Of a DNA stretch of 64,000 bases, positions 8,411 to 16,602 are shown piece by piece. This stretch comes from Candidatus Eiseniibacteriota bacterium (GTDB lineage Bacteria > Eisenbacteria > RBG-16-71-46). How positions within the stretch are numbered: position 1 is the first letter of the stretch; the number at the start of each line of letters is the position of its first letter. A model generated the notes under the pieces. It was not told where the DNA came from and made no database searches. It was given only the letters and a program-made list of their open reading frames with translations. Made by a program: the position numbers and the translations under genes. The stretch covers positions 352,001 to 416,000 of the forward strand of contig CAVQXP010000004.1 of the NCBI GenBank assembly GCA_963717935.1, written 5' to 3'.

Positions 8411-9666
8411 GGCATGGCTCCTGTCGGGATGAGAGCTTCCAGCCGGAAGCCCTGTGTGGGCGACGCGGCGATCCTCAGTGTACCGCCAAGGGCGGTGACG
8501 CGCTCGCGCATGCCGAGCAGGCCGAGCCGCGGCGTCGGCTCGTCCGCCGCCCCGCGGCCGTCGTCCTCGATCGTGAGGCGCAGCTGGCGGGCCCCGGCCT
8601 GCAGATCGACGCGCACCTGGCGGGCCCCGGCGTGACGCGCGACGTTGGTGAGCGCCTCCTGCGCCACGCGGTAGATCACGACCTCCTGCTCGGGCGTGAA
8701 GCCGCGCAGGCCCTCGCCGATCGAGAGCGCGACCTCGATGTGCGTGCGCCGGGTGAAGTCCTCGGCCATCGCGCGCAGCGCGGGCAGCAGCCCGAGGTCG
8801 TCGAGCACGCTCGGCCGCAGCAGGTTGCTCAGGTCGCGCACCTGCGCCAGCGCGCGGGCCACCATCTCGCTCGCCTCCTTGCGACCGTCCAGGTCGAGCT
8901 CGATCTTGACGGCGGTGAGCACCTGTCCGGCCTCGTCGTGCAGCTCGCGGGCGATCCGGCGGCGCTCGTCCTCCTGCGCGTGCAGCAGCAGCCGCGTGAG
9001 CTGCTCGAGCTGGGTGGTGCGCATGGCCAGCTTGCGGCGTTCCTCCCCCAGCACCAGGAACAGGGTGCCGATGGTCACGGCCACGATGATGAGCACGTCC
9101 ACGAACACGGTATAGAAGGTCGTGGTGCCGAAGCCGCGCAGCAGCGGGTAGTCGAGATGGTGCAGGGCCCAGAGCAGGAACGACCAGGCCAGGATGAGGG
9201 CGGAGCCGGAACGGGTGGCACGCTGGTGGCGCCAGAACACGATGGAGGTCCACAGGGTCACGGCGAAGAGCAGCAGGGCCGCCGAGGCACCGGCGACCTC
9301 CATGCTGCCGATGCGGTAGACGGCGACGTAGGCCCAGGCCAGGGCCAGGACCCCGAGCCACAGATAGCGCGGGCGCCACACCACGCCCCACGAGAACTGC
9401 ACCGCGGCCAGCAACAGCAGCAGCGCGACGAAGTCGGTGCACACCTGGTGCGCGAAGAGCCAGACGATCTCGCGCTCGACCAGGAACGTCGACATGAACG
9501 CCAGGCGCGCTGCGTAGAACATCCATGCCAGCGACCAGGTCAGGAAGTAGGGCCGGCGCTGGCGGCGCCACAGCCACAGGTAGGCGAGCGCCAGCAGGAG
9601 GGTCAGCACCGTCTGGAAACCCAGGGCGCTGCACTCCACGAAGACACGGTCCATGCGGGCATCCAT
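8407..9666 (-). CDS. 7-TM sensor histidine kinase (HisKA_3/NarX-type)
   Basis: N-terminal TM helices; QEDERRRIARELHDEAGQ, QEALTNVARHA, DDGRG and GLLGMRER motifs. Confidence 0.93.
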   Translation of the reverse strand: MDARMDRVFVECSALGFQTVLTLLLALAYLWLWRRQRRPYFLTWSLAWMFYAARLAFMSTFLVEREIVWLFAHQVCTDFVALLLLLAAVQFSWGVVWRPRYLWLGVLALAWAYVAVYRIGSMEVAGASAALLLFAVTLWTSIVFWRHQRATRSGSALILAWSFLLWALHHLDYPLLRGFGTTTFYTVFVDVLIIVAVTIGTLFLVLGEERRKLAMRTTQLEQLTRLLLHAQEDERRRIARELHDEAGQVLTAVKIELDLDGRKEASEMVARALAQVRDLSNLLRPSVLDDLGLLPALRAMAEDFTRRTHIEVALSIGEGLRGFTPEQEVVIYRVAQEALTNVARHAGARQVRVDLQAGARQLRLTIEDDGRGAADEPTPRLGLLGMRERVTALGGTLRIAASPTQGFRLEALIPTGAMP

Positions 9667-9764
9667 CGCGCGGACAATCTAGCGCAGCCATCGCCGTCGC
9701 GTGAACCTGCGGAGGACTCGCGGGCGCCAGCGGCGGCAGGGGGGCACCGGTCCCGCGGTTCCCC

Positions 9765-9802
9765 TTGACACGAGCTATCGGGATGATATCATTCTGACAT
9801 CG
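9765..9802 (+). promoter_or_regulatory. Sigma70-type promoter (TTGACA-16-TATCAT) overlapped by TGATATCA-N3-TGACATCG repeat
   Basis: TTGACA at 9765-9770, TATCAT at 9787-9792, SD AAGGAGG before ATG 9817. Confidence 0.65.
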
Positions 9803-9816
9803 GAAAAGGAGGTCTC

Positions 9817-10683
9817 ATGTTCCGCGAGAAGAAGGTGCTGGCGTCGTCGGGGTGGCTGATGCTGCTGGTGCTCATCGCCGTGCTCGTGCTGTCCGTCGTC
9901 GGTTTCGCGATGTCCATCCGCGCCCAGCACATGCCCCTGCTGGTGCTGTCGCTGCTCGTGCTGGTGGTGGATGCCATGTGCTTCGGCGGGCTCCAGATCG
10001 TGAACCCGAACGAGGGCCAGGTCGTGCAGCTCTTCGGCACGTACCTGGGCACACTGCGGGACCAGGGCTTCTGGTGGGTGAACCCGCTCACGAACCGTCG
10101 CCGCGTCTCCCTGCGCGTGCGCAACTTCGAGAGCGCGAAGCTCAAGGTGAACGACCACGACGGCAACCCCATCGAGATCGCCGCGGTCGTGGTGTGGAGG
10201 GTCGTGGACACTGCGGAGGCCATCTTCCACGTGGACAACTACGAGAACTTCGTCCACGTGCAGAGCGAGGCCGCGGTGCGGAATCTGGCCACGCTGCATC
10301 CGTACGACGCGCACGACGAGGGCGAGATCTCGCTGCGCGGCAACACCGCCATGGTGGCCGGCCTGCTCCAGAAGGAGATCCAGGATCGTCTCTCCCAGGC
10401 GGGCGTCGAGGTCATCGAGGCGCGCCTCAGCCACCTCGCCTACGCGTCCGAGATCGCCGGCGCCATGCTGCAGCGCCAGCAGGCGGGCGCGATCATCGCG
10501 GCGCGCTCGCGCATCGTGCAGGGCGCGGTCAGCATGGTGGAGATGGCGCTCGAGGAACTGGCCCGCAAGCACATCGTCGAGCTGGATTCCGAGCGCAAGG
10601 CCACCATGGTCAGCAACCTGCTGGTCGTGCTGTGCAGCGGCCAGCACACACAGCCGGTGGTGAACACCGGGACGCTGTACTAG
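9817..10683 (+). CDS. SPFH/band-7 domain membrane protein
   Basis: Two TMs, then [39 protein letters not shown] and PVVNTGTLY motifs. Confidence 0.95.
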   Translation: MFREKKVLASSGWLMLLVLIAVLVLSVVGFAMSIRAQHMPLLVLSLLVLVVDAMCFGGLQIVNPNEGQVVQLFGTYLGTLRDQGFWWVNPLTNRRRVSLRVRNFESAKLKVNDHDGNPIEIAAVVVWRVVDTAEAIFHVDNYENFVHVQSEAAVRNLATLHPYDAHDEGEISLRGNTAMVAGLLQKEIQDRLSQAGVEVIEARLSHLAYASEIAGAMLQRQQAGAIIAARSRIVQGAVSMVEMALEELARKHIVELDSERKATMVSNLLVVLCSGQHTQPVVNTGTLY

Positions 10684-10864
10684 CCGGGGCGATTCATGAA
10701 TCGCGTCGCGGGAATGCGAGATGACCGTGGGGTGAAGGTCCTGTGACTGACCGCGGCGCGGTCGGGGCAGTGCGCCCTTTCGAAGAGCGGCCGGTCACGG
10801 GACCACGGCGGACCGCGGTCAGATCGCGTTCGCAGCAGCGGGTCATGAATCCTCCCGGCTGGTA
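10678..10864 (+). ncRNA. Putative rod-shaped structured RNA element (unclassified)
   Basis: Nested stems, paired by eye, span the whole SPFH-Arc intergenic region. Wobbles are G-U on the + strand. Confidence 0.5.
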
Positions 10865-10873
10865 GGCGGCGGC

Positions 10874-11110
10874 GTGGCGGAGCGCAAGCCGTTCCTGCTG
10901 AGACTGGCGCCGGAGGTCTACGATGTGCTGCACAAGTGGGCCGACGACGACCTGAGGAGCCTGAACGGACAGATCGAGTTCCTGCTCCGCCGCGCGCTCA
11001 ACGAGGCGGGCCGGACGCCACGCGGCGCGGCCGGGGCGGAGCCCGCAGCCCGCCCGGGTCCGCAACCGGACACCCTCCCCCGGCGGAAACGCCCCGGCCG
11101 GGCTCCTTGA
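10874..11110 (+). CDS. Arc-like ribbon-helix-helix DNA-binding protein
   Basis: ERKPFLLRL.P..Y..L.KWADDDLRSLNGQIEFLLRRAL; typical SPFH partner. Confidence 0.9.
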   Translation: MAERKPFLLRLAPEVYDVLHKWADDDLRSLNGQIEFLLRRALNEAGRTPRGAAGAEPAARPGPQPDTLPRRKRPGRAP

Positions 11111-11159
11111 CCGCGGCGGCCGACCTGCCGATGCAACCTCTGCCCGGAGGTGCCCCCCG

Positions 11160-12233
11160 ATGCTCTCCCGTGTCCCACGCATGACCCCGCGTCTCGTCCT
11201 GCTCCTGCTCGCGCTGCTGACGGTCCACTCCCCGGCTCCCGCGGCCAGGAGACCCGGCCGGGGGGCCCCTGCCGCGGTCGCCACGGGGCCGTGCGTCCAG
11301 CGCTCCGCGCCGATCCTGGATGACGTGCTGAGCATCGTCGCCGCGAGCCGCGGCAACGCCGCGGACACCGCGCGCGCCTCGGCCGCGCTCGACCTGGCGT
11401 TCGAGGAGGCGGAGCGGCTCGCCGGCGTCTTCGCACCCGGGGAAGGCGCGAGCGAGCTGGCGCGCCTGAACCGCACCGCCACCGAACGGCGCTTCTCCTG
11501 CTCCGCGGACCTCTACGCCGCGCTCGAAGCGGCCATCGCGCTGGCCGACGTGACCGACGGCGCGTACGACCCGACGAACGGCCCCCTCCTGCGCGCGTGG
11601 GATCGGCGCGGCGGCGCGAGCGCGCCCGACGCGGAAGACCTCGCTGCGGCGCGCCTGCTCACGGGCTGGCGCATGCTCACGCTCGATCCCGGCAACCGCA
11701 CGGCGCGCTTCGCCCGGCCGGGCATGGAGGTAGCGCTGGGCGCGATCGCGCGCGGCATCGTCCTCGAACGCGCAGCCGGCCGGCTGCGCGAGCGCGGCAT
11801 CGCGCGGGCCCGGCTCGAGCTCGGCGGCGACGTGCTCGCCTTCACGACCCACGACGCCTGGTCGGCCGCGATCCCCGGCCCGACCGGCGATGGGCGGGCG
11901 GTGATGACGCTCATGCTCTCGAACGGCGCGGTCGCGACCGCGCAGACCGGCCGCAGCGGGAGGAGCCGCGTGCTCGACCCGCGCACGGGCCGGCTGCCGC
12001 CCGGGGAGGTGTCGGTCACCGTGGCAGGACGCTCCGCCCTGCGCGTCCGCGCGCTCGCGGAGGCGCTCCTGGTCATGGGCCGGGACCGCGCCCGGACGTA
12101 CGCCCGCGCTCACCCCGAAGCCGGCGTGCTGTGGCTCGAGCCGCTCGGCGGGGACGTGCGGGCCTGGGCGTGGAACCTCGGCAGGATCGCGCCCGAGCCC
12201 GGCGTGCGCGTCGAGTGGATGACCGAACCCTGA
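11160..12233 (+). CDS. ApbE-like FAD:protein FMN transferase with degenerate active-site motifs
   Basis: SEL.RLN, T.GAYDPT.GPL, LG.IA.G, LGGD and LDPRTG motifs; signal peptide (start may be 11181). Confidence 0.8.
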   Translation: MLSRVPRMTPRLVLLLLALLTVHSPAPAARRPGRGAPAAVATGPCVQRSAPILDDVLSIVAASRGNAADTARASAALDLAFEEAERLAGVFAPGEGASELARLNRTATERRFSCSADLYAALEAAIALADVTDGAYDPTNGPLLRAWDRRGGASAPDAEDLAAARLLTGWRMLTLDPGNRTARFARPGMEVALGAIARGIVLERAAGRLRERGIARARLELGGDVLAFTTHDAWSAAIPGPTGDGRAVMTLMLSNGAVATAQTGRSGRSRVLDPRTGRLPPGEVSVTVAGRSALRVRALAEALLVMGRDRARTYARAHPEAGVLWLEPLGGDVRAWAWNLGRIAPEPGVRVEWMTEP

Positions 12234-12396
12234 CAGGGCGGTACGACGCGCGCTGCCTGGCCCGGTTCCCCGCGCGTCGGCCGGGCGCGCGCTGTGGCGC
12301 GCTCGCCACAGCGCACCCGGGCTCGCCGGCCCTCCGCACGCCCGACCCGGGCCGCAACCCCTTGCGCGGCAGCCTGTCGTCCCCGCATCGCACGCA

Positions 12397-12412
12397 TGGC
12401 ACACCCCGTGCT
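12397..12412 (+). promoter_or_regulatory. Sigma54 (-24/-12) promoter
   Basis: TGGCACACCCCGTGCT has GG-N10-GC spacing and lies ~50 bp before the SD GGAGG and ATG 12461. Confidence 0.65.
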
Positions 12413-12460
12413 TTTCCTCTCCGGCGAAGATCCCGCCAGCGATCACCCGCGGAGGTGGCC

Positions 12461-12928
12461 ATGAACACGAGATCGATTGGAAACCGTGCACTCGCGGTGC
12501 TGCTGCTCGCCGCCCTCGCGAGCGCGGCGCTCGCCCCCGCCGCACTGGCGGACCGCAGCCGGGCGCGCTACAAGCGCGGGCGGCCGGCCGGCCACGGCGT
12601 GGTGCGCGTGGTGCATCGCGGGCCGTACCTCATCGAACGCCACTCGGATGCGGAGGCGATCGTCGGCTTCATCGGCGGGCTGGTGGTGGGCAGCGTGCTG
12701 TCGAACGCTCGGCCCCTGCCGCCGGCGTACGAGTACTACGACCCGTACTGCCACCGGCACTTCGTCACGGTCGGGGCCTACGACGAGCATCTGTACGGCC
12801 ACCGGCACCCGCGCTCGGTCGAGGTCGTCGAGGTGCGCAGCGGACGATGCGTGGACACCCTGGACTGGCGCGACGGCCACTGGTGCAGCCGGGACGACCG
12901 CCCGGGGTACGAGGAGTGGGACGAATGA
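12461..12928 (+). CDS. Secreted hypothetical protein with glycine-zipper-like segment and C2H2-like motif
   Basis: SD GGAGG; signal peptide ending ALA; IVGFIGGLVVGSVL; YYDPYCHRHF...YDEHLYGHRH. Confidence 0.75.
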   Translation: MNTRSIGNRALAVLLLAALASAALAPAALADRSRARYKRGRPAGHGVVRVVHRGPYLIERHSDAEAIVGFIGGLVVGSVLSNARPLPPAYEYYDPYCHRHFVTVGAYDEHLYGHRHPRSVEVVEVRSGRCVDTLDWRDGHWCSRDDRPGYEEWDE

Positions 12929-13143
12929 AGTGACCGGGCTGCGAGCGGCGCGCGCAGGGAAGCGACGCGGCCAGGAGCAGCCCGGATCGAGCGAGTGGGT
13001 CCGAGCGAGCGCGGTTGGAGCTGGGGAGCGTCCAGAGCCGCGCAGCGGGCCCACAGGGACGGGCGGTCGTCCAGCGACGGCCGTCCGTTCGCATGCCACG
13101 AAGCCGGCGCGCCGGACGCCGGGAACCTTGCGCGGCCGCCCTC

Positions 13144-14610
13144 TTACGCCGCGAGCCGCTCTTGCGCGTCGATCGTGGTCTCCTCGGGGCGCAGCACCCG
13201 CGATACGCGTTCGCTCTGCGGCATCGGGTCCCAGGTCTCTTCGACATCCTCGGGGAGCGGGGCGCCGTCCGGCCGCACGAGCAAGCGGCAGAACGGCCGC
13301 CTGAGGTCGTCGGGGTTCGGGCTCACGGACAGCACGACGTGGTTCGACTCCGTGAGCAGCACCGAGCCTGCCGGGTAGAGACCCACGGTTCGCACCAGCG
13401 ACCACAGCACCGCAGGATCGAACTGCACCCGCGTGGGCCCGAGCAGGTATTGCAGCCCCTCGAACGGGGTGTAGGGTCGTTTGTGATAGCTGCGGTGCGC
13501 GGTCATGGCGTCGAAGCAGTCCGCGACCGCGACGATGCGCGTCATGGTGGCCTGGGCCCACTCGTGCCCGACCTCGGGGTAGCCCGTGATGTCGAAATTC
13601 ATGTGGTGCTCGAGGCAGACGCGCATGGCGTCCAGCGTCAGGCTCGAGAGCCCCGGCATGCGGAACATCATCTTCACGCCCTCGAGTGGATGGCGCTGGA
13701 TGAAGCCCCACTCGTCGGGCGTGAGTGCGGCGGGCTTGCGCAGCACGTCGCCGGGCACCGCGACCTTGCCGATGTCGTGCAGCAGGGCGGTCACGCCCAG
13801 GTCGGCGAGCGCCTGGCGGGGCAGCCCGAGGATCTGCCCCATGCTCACCGAGAGCACGCTCACGTTGACGCAGTGGGCGTAGGTGTATTCGTCGTGCTCC
13901 TTCAGCGCGGTGAGCCCCACGATCGAGTACTCGTTCTTCATGATGCTGTCCACGACCGGCTGCACCAGCCGCTTGGCCTGCCGCAGATCAGGCCGCCCGG
14001 TCTGCGCCGCGCGCACCACGATGCGCTTGGTGCCGAGCACCGCGCGCCAGAACACCTTCTTCGCGCGCCCGCGCTCACCGACGGGGTCCCGGTCCTCCTC
14101 GAGCACCCGGGTGAGGTCGTCCTTGTCCAGGTCGGCCGCGGGGACGGGCAGGATGTGCTCGATGCTCGCCTCGACCACCGCCTCGGGCAGCCGTTCGGCC
14201 AGCGTCGCGTCCTCGGCCGCCATGAACAACTGGAGGAAGCGCTCCGTCTCGGCCGGTGTCACGCCCTGCAGGAAGCGCACGCCGCCCAGCGAGCGACGCT
14301 CGAACTCCTCGATGAGCGAGTGATAGACGGTCAGGAGCGACGCGCTCGCCTTGAGGCGCACGCCGTTCAGGTAGAAGTTGTCGGCCACCGCGGCCAGCGC
14401 GACTTCGTCCTCCTCCTCCATCACCTGGAAGAGCACGCCCAGGAACTCCCGCAACTGGTGCTGGAACGCCTGATTCGAGACGTCGTGCGTGCGCGCGGTG
14501 CGCAGCAGCGCCGAGAAACGGATGAGGAGTTGCGGCCCCATCGTGAGCAGGCGCCCGCTGTCGGCGTCGCTGGAAGGCGGCGCTCCGCTGCGCGGCAGGT
14601 TCTCACTCAT
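13144..14610 (-). CDS. HD-GYP domain cyclic-dinucleotide phosphodiesterase
   Basis: DEYTYAH, LLHDIGK, HP..G, HH..FD.TGYP and VADCFDAMT motifs; start trimmed to ATG 14610. Confidence 0.92.
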   Translation of the reverse strand: MSENLPRSGAPPSSDADSGRLLTMGPQLLIRFSALLRTARTHDVSNQAFQHQLREFLGVLFQVMEEEDEVALAAVADNFYLNGVRLKASASLLTVYHSLIEEFERRSLGGVRFLQGVTPAETERFLQLFMAAEDATLAERLPEAVVEASIEHILPVPAADLDKDDLTRVLEEDRDPVGERGRAKKVFWRAVLGTKRIVVRAAQTGRPDLRQAKRLVQPVVDSIMKNEYSIVGLTALKEHDEYTYAHCVNVSVLSVSMGQILGLPRQALADLGVTALLHDIGKVAVPGDVLRKPAALTPDEWGFIQRHPLEGVKMMFRMPGLSSLTLDAMRVCLEHHMNFDITGYPEVGHEWAQATMTRIVAVADCFDAMTAHRSYHKRPYTPFEGLQYLLGPTRVQFDPAVLWSLVRTVGLYPAGSVLLTESNHVVLSVSPNPDDLRRPFCRLLVRPDGAPLPEDVEETWDPMPQSERVSRVLRPEETTIDAQERLAA

Positions 14611-16327
14611 GGTCGTCCGCCCCCGCCAGCGCCTCGAGGCAGGCCTTGCGCACCGGCGCCCGCTTCGAGTGCGCACCACGCTCCAGCACGGCCCGCGCGT
14701 GCGGCGTGCCGATGCGGGCGATGCAGCGCGCCACCGCCTGGCGGTGTGCCTCCTGGTAGCGCGAGAACCAGTTGCCCTTGTGCAGTTCCTGCTCGAGGTC
14801 CGGGACGATCCCGTCGCCGCCCGTGGCCGCGAGCGCGGAGTAGACCGCGCGCCGCACTTCGAGCGGGCGCTGCTCGAAGACCGGATCCAGCAGGTGCTTC
14901 ACCAGGACGCCGGCCGTGCGCTCGTCACGCGCCACCGAGAGCTGGTGCAACACCGAGCAGAAGGTGCGCGCGTCGGCCCCGTCGAGCATGCCGACCAGCA
15001 GCGGGCGCGCCTGCTCGGAATCGGCCTGGCCCAGCGCCGCGATGACCTCCTGACGCACGCGCGGCTCCGGGTGCCGCATCGCGGTCTCGAGCAGGCCGAT
15101 CGTCCGGTCGCCACCGATCCAGCCCAGGATGTGCACGATGTTGCGCACGACGTACCAGCGCGGGTCCGCCAGCCATGGCGCGAGACGCTCGGGATTGTCG
15201 CGACACAGCTCGGCGATCGCCTCCGCCAGCGCGCGGCGCGTGCGCCGCTGCTGGCTCTCCGCCAGCGCCAGGTTGAGCCAGTCCACCGCCGGCGCGCCCA
15301 GATCGCGCGCGAGCGCGGTGAACTCGGCCAGCGCGGGCGCCTCCTGCAGGTCGAGCTTCTCGACCACGGTCGACACGGAGATCGGCTGGAACAGCTCCTG
15401 CGAGAAGCCCTCGATGGACCACTCCGAGTGGCGCCCGCACCGGCTCAGCAGCGCCAGGCAGTGGCGCGCCTCGGTCCACGCGCCCACGGTGATGGTCTGG
15501 CGCAGCACCCGCGGCAGGAAGCGCGCCAGCTCGGCCTTGTCGGCGGCCTGGATGCCGGCGTGCAGGAACGCGCTCGAGATCGCGATGGTGGCGGTCGCGA
15601 GCGGCACCTCGTGCTCGGCCCGGTACTCGTCGAGGAAGCGCAGCGTCTCGGCGGGCGCCAGGGATTCCAGCTCCGCGAAGCCCGCTTCGACCTCGACCGC
15701 GAGGTCGCCGAGCAGCCAGTCGTCGGAGCGTGCTTCGCCGCCCGGGGCCGCCGCGCCCGGCTCGGTCCCGTCCCCCCACGACTCGCCCGGCGTCGGCCAG
15801 GGCACGACATCCCCCGCGTCGCCCGCGCCGCCGCCCATGTCGGCCTCGGCGGGCACGCAGTCCACGTCGATGTGCTGGAGATGCGATTCCCACAGCAGCG
15901 TCACGAGATCGTCTTCGCCCGCGTTCTGGCCGCTCACCTGCAGCACCGCGTCGAGGAGCGTCTCGATCTCGGCTGGCTCGACGCCGGGCGAGAAGTTGAT
16001 GGCATGGATGCCGTCGCGGTAGAAGGGCAGCGCGAGGTTGTCGTCGCGCGAGCGCGCCAGGTAGAGCGACTGTTCCTCGCAGAGCACGTCGTCGGAGGTG
16101 AAGTGGAGGGTCAGGACCCCGTGCTCCTCGAGGACGCGTGTGAGCGCCTGCGCCAGCTCCTCGCGGAAGCGGATGACGGTGGGGTTGTTCGCGTCGTAGA
16201 GCCGGCAGGTCTTGAGCGTGCGGGCCAGATGATTCACCCACACGCCGGCCGCGCGCGCCAGCGCTTCCTGCTCCGGCGTGCGAACGGTCTCCTCCGTGTC
16301 GTGCGTCGATCGGGCGCTGACGTTCAT
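14603..16327 (-). CDS. HEAT-repeat protein
   Basis: DPRWYVVRNIVHILG, H.EPRVR.EVI.ALG and VRRA...AL repeats; overlaps the HD-GYP start. Confidence 0.85.
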   Translation of the reverse strand: MNVSARSTHDTEETVRTPEQEALARAAGVWVNHLARTLKTCRLYDANNPTVIRFREELAQALTRVLEEHGVLTLHFTSDDVLCEEQSLYLARSRDDNLALPFYRDGIHAINFSPGVEPAEIETLLDAVLQVSGQNAGEDDLVTLLWESHLQHIDVDCVPAEADMGGGAGDAGDVVPWPTPGESWGDGTEPGAAAPGGEARSDDWLLGDLAVEVEAGFAELESLAPAETLRFLDEYRAEHEVPLATATIAISSAFLHAGIQAADKAELARFLPRVLRQTITVGAWTEARHCLALLSRCGRHSEWSIEGFSQELFQPISVSTVVEKLDLQEAPALAEFTALARDLGAPAVDWLNLALAESQQRRTRRALAEAIAELCRDNPERLAPWLADPRWYVVRNIVHILGWIGGDRTIGLLETAMRHPEPRVRQEVIAALGQADSEQARPLLVGMLDGADARTFCSVLHQLSVARDERTAGVLVKHLLDPVFEQRPLEVRRAVYSALAATGGDGIVPDLEQELHKGNWFSRYQEAHRQAVARCIARIGTPHARAVLERGAHSKRAPVRKACLEALAGADDHE

Positions 16328-16602
16328 GGACGGACCCGCTCCCCTGGATGGCCCGAAGTGAAGATGGCCTAGCGTGTTATCGGCAGGCGACCGGAGGGGC
16401 TTGAGGAGGTCCCGGGGAGCGGCGCGGGGGCGACGATTTCGCTCGTGCGCGGGGACGCGTCGAGCCCCTGGTCGGGGACCCGCGCCGCTGGCGGGACCAG
16501 CTGCCGCGTTCGTCGGGGGCGGGTTGTCGCCCGTCCAGGTGTCCCCAATACTGGCGCCGTCACGTCCACCCCGGCATTCCTCCAAGAGGAGGGTCTCCCG
16601 TC

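Noticed and set aside
8584..8631. Repeat CTGGCGGGCCCCGGC x2
   Set aside because: Inside the kinase CDS, encoding AGARQ twice; not an independent element.
10678..10864. Calling the rod hairpin 6S RNA
   Set aside because: Length fits, but it lacks a large central bubble and sits inside an operon. Left unclassified.
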